NCBI GenBank assembly: GCA_046546415.1
Contig: JBKGXY010000001.1
Coordinates: 1-46,488, forward strand
Length of the DNA: 46,488 nt
From: Ectothiorhodospira sp.
GTDB taxonomy: Bacteria > Pseudomonadota > Gammaproteobacteria > Ectothiorhodospirales > Ectothiorhodospiraceae
Direction: 5' to 3'
Shown one piece after another: positions 19,464-27,718 of the stretch (positions are counted from its first letter, which is position 1; each line of letters opens with the position of its first letter). The notes under the pieces are model-generated. The model was not told the origin of the DNA. It saw only the letters and a program-made list of their open reading frames with translations, and did not search any database. The position numbers were made by a program, and so were the translations under genes.

Positions 19464-20864
19464 TCAGGGGGACTCTTCCGGTTCCCCTTGCGAACCCTCC
19501 CCCTCCAGGCGCCGGTAGAGGGTGCGACGACCGATGCCCAGCACCCGGGCCGCCTGACGCTTGTTCCCCTCCAGCCGATGCAGCACCCAGCGGATGTAGC
19601 GATCCTCCACCTCCGCCAGGGTGGGCATGGGAGAGTCCTCCTCCTCGGACCAGGGAAAAGCGGAGCCGCCCCCGTCCCGGGGCCGCCGGGTGAGCCGTTC
19701 AGGCAGGTCCCTGAGCTGGATCTCCTGCCCCCGGCAGAAGGTCACCGCCCGTTCGACGAGGTTCGCGAGCTCCCGCACGTTGCCGGGGAAGGCATAGCCG
19801 CGCAACGCCCGCAGGGCCTCGGGACTGATCCCATCCACACGGCGATCCATGGCGGCGCCGCAGCGGGCCAGGAAGCGGGCCGCCAGGCGCTCGATGTCGT
19901 CGCCCCGTTCCCGAAGGGGGGGGACATGCAGGCGGAAGGTCTCCAGGCGGTAGAAGAGATCCTCACGAAAGGCCTGCTCCTGGATCATGGGGGTCAGATC
20001 CCGGTTGGTGGCGGCCACCACGCGCACATCCGTCTCCACCTCGCGGTTCCCCCCCACGGGGCGTACCCGCCCATCCTGGAGCAGCCGCAGCAGCTTGGCC
20101 TGCATGGGCATGGGCATCTCGCCGATCTCGTCCAGGAGCAGGGTACCGCCATGGGCCTCCTCGAAGAGCCCCCGGCGGGCCTGGCGGGCCCCGCTGAAGG
20201 CCCCCGCGACATGACCGAAGAGCTCGCTTTCCATGAGCTCCCCCGGGATGCCGGCGCAGTTGATGGCCACGAAGGGACCGCTGGCCCGTGGACTCTCGTT
20301 GTGGATGGCCCGGGCCACCAGCTCCTTTCCGGTGCCGGACTCGCCGGTCACCAGCACAGGGCCCGCGGCCCCGGCCAACTGACGTATACGGGTGTAGAGG
20401 GCCTGCATGGACGGGCTGCTGCCGATGAGTCCGTGGAAATCGTCCCCCTGGAGCATCTCCCTGAAGTGGGCCACCTCCGCCTGCAGGCGGCGATTGTTCA
20501 GGGTTCGGCGTACAGCGATCACCAGGTGATCCAGGTCCACCGGTTTGGTCAGGAAGTCGTCCGCCCCCTGTTTCAGGGCCTCCACGGCCTGGGCGATGGT
20601 GCCGAAGGCGGTGAGCATGATGAAGGCCGGGGGCAGGGGCTGCTGACGGCAGTCCTCCAGGAGCACCAGGCCGTCCTCCCCCGGCAGGCGCAGGTCGCTC
20701 AGGACCAGGGCCACCTCGCCGTCCCGGAGAAAGCCCCGGGCGGTGGGAACATCCCCAGCGGAGAGGACGGACCATCCGGCATCCTGGAGTTCCTCGCTTA
20801 CCAGGTCGCGGTGGGATGCATCATCCTCCACCACCAGAATCTTTTCCTGTGCGTCTTTGCTCAT
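19464..20864 (-). CDS. Sigma54-dependent response regulator (NtrC/AtoC/ZraR family)
   Basis: Receiver; Walker A GESGTGKE; ESELFGH; GAFSGA loop; LLLDEIGE; FREDLFYRL; FPGNVREL; Fis-type HTH GNKRQAARVLGIGRRTLYRRL. Confidence 0.95.
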   Translation of the reverse strand: MSKDAQEKILVVEDDASHRDLVSEELQDAGWSVLSAGDVPTARGFLRDGEVALVLSDLRLPGEDGLVLLEDCRQQPLPPAFIMLTAFGTIAQAVEALKQGADDFLTKPVDLDHLVIAVRRTLNNRRLQAEVAHFREMLQGDDFHGLIGSSPSMQALYTRIRQLAGAAGPVLVTGESGTGKELVARAIHNESPRASGPFVAINCAGIPGELMESELFGHVAGAFSGARQARRGLFEEAHGGTLLLDEIGEMPMPMQAKLLRLLQDGRVRPVGGNREVETDVRVVAATNRDLTPMIQEQAFREDLFYRLETFRLHVPPLRERGDDIERLAARFLARCGAAMDRRVDGISPEALRALRGYAFPGNVRELANLVERAVTFCRGQEIQLRDLPERLTRRPRDGGGSAFPWSEEEDSPMPTLAEVEDRYIRWVLHRLEGNKRQAARVLGIGRRTLYRRLEGEGSQGEPEESP

Positions 20865-22332
20865 GACCTTCGTATGGAGTGGAGTCCCGTGGAATCCTTA
20901 GCACGAAACATGCCCCACCCAGGGCGCTGTCCATCACCCTGATCTCCCCGCCGTGCTCCGAGATGGCGCCATGGGCCACCGCAAGACCCAGACCGGTCCC
21001 CTGACCCACGGACTTGGTGGTGAAGAAGGGCTCGAACAGGCGGGAGCGGTGCTCCGGATCGATTCCGGGTCCATCGTCCTCCACCCGCAGTTCCAGGGTT
21101 TGGTCATCGGGGCAATCCCAGGAGATGCGGATCCGTCCGCCGGGCGTGGCCTGCACGGCATTACGCAGGAGGTTGACCAGGGCCTGTTCCATGCGGGCCC
21201 GATCCATGGGGATCGCAGGCCCCGGGGAGGGGTTCGCCACATCCAGCTGCGTCCCCGAGCGCTCCAGGGCGGGATGGACCGGGGCAACGGCGGCCTGGAC
21301 CAGACGGCCGACCGCCTCCTCCCGGAGCCGTAATGGATTGCGGCGGCCGAAGTCCATGAGCTGGCGGACGATGCCATCCATGCGCTCCACCTCACGGCGT
21401 ATCTTCAAAAGGGCCAGTTGCGGCGGGGTTTCGGCCTCCACATGGCGCAGGGCCCGCTGGGCCTGACCATCCACCACCCCAAGCGGGGTGCCCAGCTCGT
21501 GAGCCACTCCCGCCGCCAGGCGGCCGATGGCCGCCAGCTTCTCCGACTGGCGCAGGCGCTCCTCCAGGGCCGCCTGCTGCGCCCGCCGGGCCTCCAGCTC
21601 GGCGGCGGAACGGGCCATGTCGTCCAGCATCCCGTTCATGGCCCGTGACAATTCCCGCAGTTCCCGGGGCCCGCGGCCGCTGACCCGAAGGCCGCGGTCC
21701 CCCCGACCCACCCGGGCCATGGCACCGGCCAGGCGATCCACATGGCGGCCCACGGCCCGGTGGTGACCGATCACCACCACGGCCACCAGCAGAAGGCTGA
21801 CCGCCCCCAGGGCCATCAGGGCCCGGGAGCGGGCCCGGGCCAGGTCGGCGTGGATGTCGCTGCCGTGGCGGGTCACCTGCAACAGGCCCCGGATGCGCCC
21901 CCCCACGTCGGTCAGGGGCATGAAGAAGGAATAGAGCTCCTCGCCGTCCCGGTCGTCATAGGCGCCGTGGGTGCCGGTAACGGTGACCCGGCGGGCATCC
22001 CGACGCCGCTCCATGGAGGGGCTCCGGGGTCCGCTGGCGGCCACCAGTTCTCCATTCTCGTCATAGACATAGGCCCCATAGACCTGTTCGATTCGAAAGG
22101 CGGAGTCCAGGGCCTGCTGGATATCCCCCCGCTGGCCCCGGACCAGGGCCTCCCGAAGGGGGAGGTGGATGGCCCGGGCCACCAGCTCCATATCCTGTTC
22201 CATGCGGGCCTCCACGCTGTCCTCCAGGCTGCGCAGGGCGGACCATCCGGCCACCAGGATCACCAGGAGCAGGGGCGCGAGGACGAAGCCGAGGACAGCG
22301 GTGCGCAGACTGTAGGCCGGGACGCGGATCAT
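20821..22332 (-). CDS. HAMP-domain sensor histidine kinase (NtrB-like class)
   Basis: Two TMs flanking a periplasmic domain; SEKLAAIGRLAAGVAHELGTPL, NLLRNAVQA, EDDGPG, FEPFFTTK, GTGLGL; overlaps the regulator start by 44 bp. Confidence 0.94.
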   Translation of the reverse strand: MIRVPAYSLRTAVLGFVLAPLLLVILVAGWSALRSLEDSVEARMEQDMELVARAIHLPLREALVRGQRGDIQQALDSAFRIEQVYGAYVYDENGELVAASGPRSPSMERRRDARRVTVTGTHGAYDDRDGEELYSFFMPLTDVGGRIRGLLQVTRHGSDIHADLARARSRALMALGAVSLLLVAVVVIGHHRAVGRHVDRLAGAMARVGRGDRGLRVSGRGPRELRELSRAMNGMLDDMARSAAELEARRAQQAALEERLRQSEKLAAIGRLAAGVAHELGTPLGVVDGQAQRALRHVEAETPPQLALLKIRREVERMDGIVRQLMDFGRRNPLRLREEAVGRLVQAAVAPVHPALERSGTQLDVANPSPGPAIPMDRARMEQALVNLLRNAVQATPGGRIRISWDCPDDQTLELRVEDDGPGIDPEHRSRLFEPFFTTKSVGQGTGLGLAVAHGAISEHGGEIRVMDSALGGACFVLRIPRDSTPYEGHEQRRTGKDSGGGG

Positions 22333-22341
22333 GCCAGGGCC

Positions 22342-23532
22342 TCAGGAAGCCGACTGCATCAACGCCACGGCCACACAGAGGAAGACCACGGCCCCGGCGT
22401 ATCGCCCCGAATCCATCAGGGGACGGCAGCGCAGTTGCAGCGCGATGCACGTGTCGTCGCCACGCTGGAACTCCAGGGGGCCGCTGGGGCAGCGGGGAAG
22501 GTGGGGGCCACCGGGGCAGTCCGCGACACAGTGGGACAGCGCCGGAAAGAATTCATCCAGGGGACGGCCCTTCAAGACAGCGGGATCCACCCCCAACAGC
22601 CCGGTGGCGGCGGGATTGACGTACTCGATGCACCCCACGGCATCGGTCACCACCACCCCCTCGGCCAGTGCCCCGGCGACGAGGTCAAGGCGGTCCCGCT
22701 CGGCCCGCAGGGCCTTCTGGGCGCGCAGCAGTTCCGCGTTCTGCACCTTGAACCAGCCGATCCAGCGGTTATAGAAGAGGGCCAGGAGGTACTTCTGGGT
22801 CACCACCCCCAAGAGGCTACCGTCGCCTCGACGAACGACGATGCGCTTGTATCCCTTTTCACGTGCGGCGGCCAGTGCCGCCTGGATGGTGCAGGTCTCC
22901 GGGACCGTCTCCAGGGGGGTGGACATGACGCCGGATACCGGTTGTTCCAGGGGTGCGTCCTCCGCCAGGAGGTGCACGGTGTCCCCGCGGGTGAGGATCC
23001 CGACGGGATCCTCACCGTCCAGGACCACGGCGGCATCGTGGCCGCCCGCGCGCATCCGTGCAAACACTTGGCAGACGGTGGCATCGGCCGCCACCTGCAG
23101 GAAGCGGATCCCCGCGATCAGGTCCCCAAGGGCCTGGCTCTCGGTGAGCAGCTGGGGATCGATCCCCGCCACCAGGTCGGAATGGCTGACAATGCCCACC
23201 AGGGCGCCGTGCTCGCTGGTGAGACAGAGGTAGCCCGCCCCGTCGCGCATCCGGTCGATCCCTTCCAGGACATCGGCGTCCGGGGGCAGGGTGGGGACCC
23301 TGGGCAGATCCAGCGTGGACAGTGGGGTATCGAAGGGGACGCCGTCCGCCCTCAGGGCCAGCAGATCGGCCACCCGCAGCACACGGAATTCCCTGTCCCT
23401 ATCGCCAACGAGGACGACCACGTTGCGCACGCCGTAGCGGTCCATGGCCCGTGCACCCTCCCGGATACAACAGTCCCCCCGCAGGGTGATGACCTGCCGC
23501 GTGGCGATGGATTCCAGAGTGGGAAAGTACAT
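22342..23532 (-). CDS. Tandem-CBS plus PAS domain protein with no output domain (possibly truncated)
   Basis: CBS repeats (LVGIVSHSDLV, PVGILTRGDTV, VMSTPLETV, LLGVVTQKYLL), short coiled coil, PAS (LAEGVVVTDAVGCIEYVNPAA...GAVVF), then a stop. Confidence 0.78.
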   Translation of the reverse strand: MYFPTLESIATRQVITLRGDCCIREGARAMDRYGVRNVVVLVGDRDREFRVLRVADLLALRADGVPFDTPLSTLDLPRVPTLPPDADVLEGIDRMRDGAGYLCLTSEHGALVGIVSHSDLVAGIDPQLLTESQALGDLIAGIRFLQVAADATVCQVFARMRAGGHDAAVVLDGEDPVGILTRGDTVHLLAEDAPLEQPVSGVMSTPLETVPETCTIQAALAAAREKGYKRIVVRRGDGSLLGVVTQKYLLALFYNRWIGWFKVQNAELLRAQKALRAERDRLDLVAGALAEGVVVTDAVGCIEYVNPAATGLLGVDPAVLKGRPLDEFFPALSHCVADCPGGPHLPRCPSGPLEFQRGDDTCIALQLRCRPLMDSGRYAGAVVFLCVAVALMQSAS

Positions 23533-23590
23533 GGGCTGGCTGTGTCCGAATCCGGGCGAATGGGACGGCCGGTCTCACCGGCCCCGTGCC

Positions 23591-25252
23591 TCAGGAGGCT
23601 TCGTCCTCGGTAGTATGATAACCGATCCTGAAGCCGCCCCAATGCCTGCCCTTCACATGGATGGGCACCGAAAGGTCATGCATGACCTCGCCGGTATCCC
23701 GCTTGTAGGTCTGCAACAGGTAGGGTTTCTCGTGACTGCCACAGCGTGAACCGGTGCGGTCGTTGAAGATGCGCTTGGTGCGGTTGCCCGCCAGGTCCCG
23801 GTCGCGGTCACCGGTGAGGGGCTGGCTGTAGCGGCGGTTGTGGGTGGGGAAATAGCCCTTGTCGTCCACGGCCCCGGCGAAGGCCACGAAGGGATGCCGC
23901 TCCAGGATGGGCTCCTGGATGGGCGGGAGGACCCGGTCGGTGAAGTCATCGAAGCGGGTCTTGTACTTCACCGGATCGGTGTCGGGGATGGGCTGGTAGT
24001 CCCTGTCGAAGAGATCCTCCAGGGTGATGCGGCCCTGGTCGCAGGCCTCCTCGAAGGTCCGCCCCACGGCGGCGGCCGCCGCCTCCGCCTCCCGGCGCAC
24101 GGTGTCGTGGACCGGGCCGAGCCCCACGTCCCCCAGGAGCTCATAGATCATTTCCGCCCGTTCGGCCAGGTGATCCGCCTGGGTGCTGAGATGGGCGATG
24201 TCGCTCTCCGTCTCCCGGAGGTGGCCGCTGACGGTCTGGATGGAGCGGGTGACCCCGTCCAGGTGGCCGTGGTTCTGCTCGGCCCCCTCCACCACCGTAC
24301 GGATACAACTGTCGGCGGAGGAGGAATGATCCAGGATGGCGGAGAGGTGTTCATCCACCGAGGCCACACGGCCCGCGCTGTCCTCCACCGCGTCCACCAG
24401 CTGCTGGATGGTGCCGGCCGCGTGATGGGTCTGCGCGTGGATCTCGTTCACCATCTCGCCGATCTCGGCCGTGGCGGAGGAGGTGCGGTTGGCCAGGTTG
24501 CGCACCTCCTCCGCCACCACGGCGAAGCCCCGGCCCTGCCCCCCGGCCCGGGCGGCCTCGATGGCCGCATTGAGGGCCAGCAGGTTGGTCTGATCGGCGA
24601 TGCCGCTGATGACCTCGGTGATGCGCTGGATGTCCGCGGCCCTCTGCTCCAGACCCGACATGGTGTGGCTGGCCTCATCCATGCGGGTCTTCATCTCCTC
24701 CATGTGGCGCTGTGCATCCTCCACCCGCTCATGACCAGCCTGACTGGCATCGTTGGTGAGCCGGGCACTTTGGGCCGCCGCCTCGGAGCTCTCCACGGAG
24801 GTATGCAGGGTGCTGGAGATCTCCGAGGAGGCATCGGCGATGCCGTTGACCGTGGAGACCTGGGCATGCATCCGCTGCTCCAGGCTGGCGGAGGCATGGG
24901 CCACCTCGGCGGCGGAGACGGCGATGCGGGTGCCGGTCCGGGACAGTCGCCGGGTCATGGCATGGAAGCCGTCCAGCCGCTGGATCACCGCCTGTGCCCG
25001 CGGGTCCTCCGGCGGGGGGGCATCGCCGGCCTCGCCCCGGGCGCGCCGTTCCAGGATCTCCAGGGCCCGCTCCCTGGGTGCCAGCAGGAGGCGGTCCACC
25101 GCCAGCAGGAGGGCACCCCCCGCCACCAGGGCCACCCCAACGCTGCTCCAGGGCCCCGGATCCAGGATCCAGGCAAGAATCAGGATCCCGGGCAGGATGG
25201 CCGCGAACAGGCCGGCCTCCTGCATCAGACGCTGTCTTTTCAATCTGAACAT
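23591..25252 (-). CDS. Methyl-accepting chemotaxis protein with an extra C-terminal domain
   Basis: IADQTNLLALNAAIEAARAG.GRGFAVVAEEVRNLA hairpin tip; two adjacent N-terminal TMs; about 170-aa C-terminal domain (LFDRDYQPIPDTDP...LLQTYKRDTGEVMHDLSVPIHVKGRHWGGFRIGY). Confidence 0.93.
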   Translation of the reverse strand: MFRLKRQRLMQEAGLFAAILPGILILAWILDPGPWSSVGVALVAGGALLLAVDRLLLAPRERALEILERRARGEAGDAPPPEDPRAQAVIQRLDGFHAMTRRLSRTGTRIAVSAAEVAHASASLEQRMHAQVSTVNGIADASSEISSTLHTSVESSEAAAQSARLTNDASQAGHERVEDAQRHMEEMKTRMDEASHTMSGLEQRAADIQRITEVISGIADQTNLLALNAAIEAARAGGQGRGFAVVAEEVRNLANRTSSATAEIGEMVNEIHAQTHHAAGTIQQLVDAVEDSAGRVASVDEHLSAILDHSSSADSCIRTVVEGAEQNHGHLDGVTRSIQTVSGHLRETESDIAHLSTQADHLAERAEMIYELLGDVGLGPVHDTVRREAEAAAAAVGRTFEEACDQGRITLEDLFDRDYQPIPDTDPVKYKTRFDDFTDRVLPPIQEPILERHPFVAFAGAVDDKGYFPTHNRRYSQPLTGDRDRDLAGNRTKRIFNDRTGSRCGSHEKPYLLQTYKRDTGEVMHDLSVPIHVKGRHWGGFRIGYHTTEDEAS

Positions 25253-25358
25253 ACCGCTGCTTCCGTATCAGTTTCAGGGCCCGAGAAGGTCCCGACGGAG
25301 GGAGAGATGCTCATGCTGCATGGCACACCTCCCATGAACAGTTCCCCGGGCCCAATAA

Positions 25359-25372
25359 TTGATCAATATCAA
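25359..25372. promoter_or_regulatory. FNR/Anr-type binding site upstream of the MCP gene
   Basis: Perfect TTGAT-CAAT-ATCAA in an AT-rich intergenic patch, 107 bp upstream of the MCP ATG. Confidence 0.8.
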
Positions 25373-25476
25373 TCATTGGGCCCTGGTTCGATCCCATACC
25401 CAGCGGGGGTATCGGCTGATCCGCTCCGGACTCAAGGGATGCCAGCGATGGAAGGGGGATACGGGGCGCCCGGCGG

Positions 25477-26940
25477 CTAGAGACCCAGACTGTCCCAGAG
25501 GGCGTCCACCCGGGCCTTCACCTCGGGGGTCATGGCGATGGGCCGACCCCATTCCCGGTCGGTCTCACCGGGCCACTTGTTGGTGGCATCGAAACCCATC
25601 TTCGAACCCAGGCCGGAGACGGGGGAGGCGAAATCCAGGTAGTCGATGGGGGTGCGCTCCACGGTGACGGTGTCCCGGACCGGATCCATGCGGGTGGTCA
25701 TGGCCCAGATGACGTCCTTCCAGTCCCGGGCATCGATGTCGTCGTCCACCACGATGATGAACTTGGTGTACATGAACTGGCGCAGGAAGGACCAGATCCC
25801 CATCATCACCCGGCGGGCGTGCCCGGGATACTGCTTGCGGATGCGCACCACCGCCATGCGGTAGGAGCAGCCCTCCGGCGGCAGGTAGAAGTCGACGATC
25901 TCCGGGAACTGCTTGGCCAGGATGGGCACGAAGACCTCGTTCAGCGCCATGCCCAGGATGGCCGGCTCGTCCGGCGGACGCCCGGTGTAGGTGCTGAGGT
26001 AGAGGGGATCCCGGCGGTGGGTGATGCGCTGCACCGTGAGCACGGGGAAACGATCCACCTCGTTGTAGTATCCGGTGTGATCACCGAAGGGCCCCTCGGG
26101 CGCGGTATCCCCGGGATGGATCACCCCCTCCAGGACGATCTCCGCCGTGGCCGGCACCTGCAGGTCACTGCCCAGACAGCGGGCCAGCTGCGTGCGAGCG
26201 CCCCGCAGCAGTCCGGCGAAGGCGTGTTCCGAGAGGGTATCGGGGATGGGGGTGACGGCGGCCAGGAGGGTGGCCGGATCGGCCCCCAGCACCACGGCCA
26301 CGGGGAAGGGCTCGCCGGGGCGGGCCTGTTGCCAGTCGCGAAAGTCCAGGGCCCCGCCGCGGTGGGAGAGCCAGCGCATGATGACCCGGTCGGGCCCCAG
26401 CACCTGCTGGCGGTAGATCCCCATGTTCTGCCGTTCCCGGTGCGGGCCGCGGGTCACCACCAGGCCCCAGGTGATGAGGGGGCCGGCGTCCCCGGGCCAG
26501 CAGTGCTGCACCGGAAGCCCCCCCAGATCCACCTGGTCCCCCTCCAGCACCACCTGCTGGCAGGCGGGGCTGCGGACCTGGCGCGGGGCCATGTCCAGGA
26601 CCTTGCGCAGGACCGGGAGGGTGTCCCAGGCGGCCTTCAGGCCCCGGGGCGGATCGGGTTCCTTGAGGAAGGCCAGCAGCCGGCCCACCTCCCGCAGGGC
26701 CTCGGTGGATTCCGCCCCCATGCCCAGGGCCACCCGTGCCGGGGTGCCGAAGAGGTTGGCCAGCACGGGGATGTCATGGCCCGTGGGCCGCTCGAAGAGC
26801 AGGGCGGGGCCCCCGCCGCGCAGCACCCGGTCGCAGACCTCCGTCATCTCCAGATGGGGGTCCACCGGCACCTGGATGCGCTGGAGCTCGCCCCGTTCCT
26901 CCAGTCCACGGATGAATTCACGCAGGTCCCGGTACTTCAT
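25477..26940 (-). CDS. ubiD: 4-hydroxy-3-polyprenylbenzoate decarboxylase
   Basis: [60 protein letters not shown]. Confidence 0.97.
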   Translation of the reverse strand: MKYRDLREFIRGLEERGELQRIQVPVDPHLEMTEVCDRVLRGGGPALLFERPTGHDIPVLANLFGTPARVALGMGAESTEALREVGRLLAFLKEPDPPRGLKAAWDTLPVLRKVLDMAPRQVRSPACQQVVLEGDQVDLGGLPVQHCWPGDAGPLITWGLVVTRGPHRERQNMGIYRQQVLGPDRVIMRWLSHRGGALDFRDWQQARPGEPFPVAVVLGADPATLLAAVTPIPDTLSEHAFAGLLRGARTQLARCLGSDLQVPATAEIVLEGVIHPGDTAPEGPFGDHTGYYNEVDRFPVLTVQRITHRRDPLYLSTYTGRPPDEPAILGMALNEVFVPILAKQFPEIVDFYLPPEGCSYRMAVVRIRKQYPGHARRVMMGIWSFLRQFMYTKFIIVVDDDIDARDWKDVIWAMTTRMDPVRDTVTVERTPIDYLDFASPVSGLGSKMGFDATNKWPGETDREWGRPIAMTPEVKARVDALWDSLGL

Positions 26941-26950
26941 GCAGGCGGGG

Positions 26951-27718
26951 TCACAGGTCGAATTCCGCCACCACGGGGGCATGGTCCGAGGGCCGTTCCA
27001 GCCGGCGCGGGTTCACGTCGATCCAGGCGCGGGTGCAGCGGCCGGCCAGGGGTTCGCTGGCCAGGATCAGGTCGATGCGCAGGCCACGGTTGCGCCGGAA
27101 ACCGGCGGCGCGGTAGTCCCACCAGCTGTACTGCCCCTCCGGTTGTTCGAAGCGGCGGAAGACGTCGTTCAGTCCCAGGTCCATGAGGCCCTGAAGGGCC
27201 TCCCGCTCCGGCGTGGAGCAGAGGATGCGCTCGCGCCAGGCCTCGGGGTCGTGCACGTCCCGGTCTTCCGGGGCGATGTTGAAGTCCCCCACCACCACCA
27301 GGTGCTCGTGCCGGGCCCGCTCCGCTTCCAGGAAGGCCCGGACCCGCCGCAGCCAGTCCAGCTTGAAGGCGTACTTGTCCGAACCCACCTCGGCACCGTT
27401 GACCACGTAGAGGTTCACCACCCGCACCCCGTGGACCGTGGCCGCCAGCAGACGCCGCTGCTGGCAATCCACCCCCGGGGGATCGGTGACGGGATCCTCG
27501 GGGACCTCCCGGGAGAGCAGGGCGACCCCGTTGTAGGTGGGCTGGCCGCTGTGCAGGCCGTGGTAGCCCATCTCCTGGAAGGCCTCGACGGGGAAGACCG
27601 CGTCCGTCATCTTGGTCTCCTGCAGGGCCAGGATGTCCGGATGCTCCGATCCCAGCCAGTCCAGCACCTGGGGCAGGCGCACCTTCAGGGAGTTGACGTT
27701 CCAGGTGGCGATCCTCAT
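26951..27718 (-). CDS. xthA: Exodeoxyribonuclease III
   Basis: [46 protein letters not shown]. Confidence 0.96.
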   Translation of the reverse strand: MRIATWNVNSLKVRLPQVLDWLGSEHPDILALQETKMTDAVFPVEAFQEMGYHGLHSGQPTYNGVALLSREVPEDPVTDPPGVDCQQRRLLAATVHGVRVVNLYVVNGAEVGSDKYAFKLDWLRRVRAFLEAERARHEHLVVVGDFNIAPEDRDVHDPEAWRERILCSTPEREALQGLMDLGLNDVFRRFEQPEGQYSWWDYRAAGFRRNRGLRIDLILASEPLAGRCTRAWIDVNPRRLERPSDHAPVVAEFDL

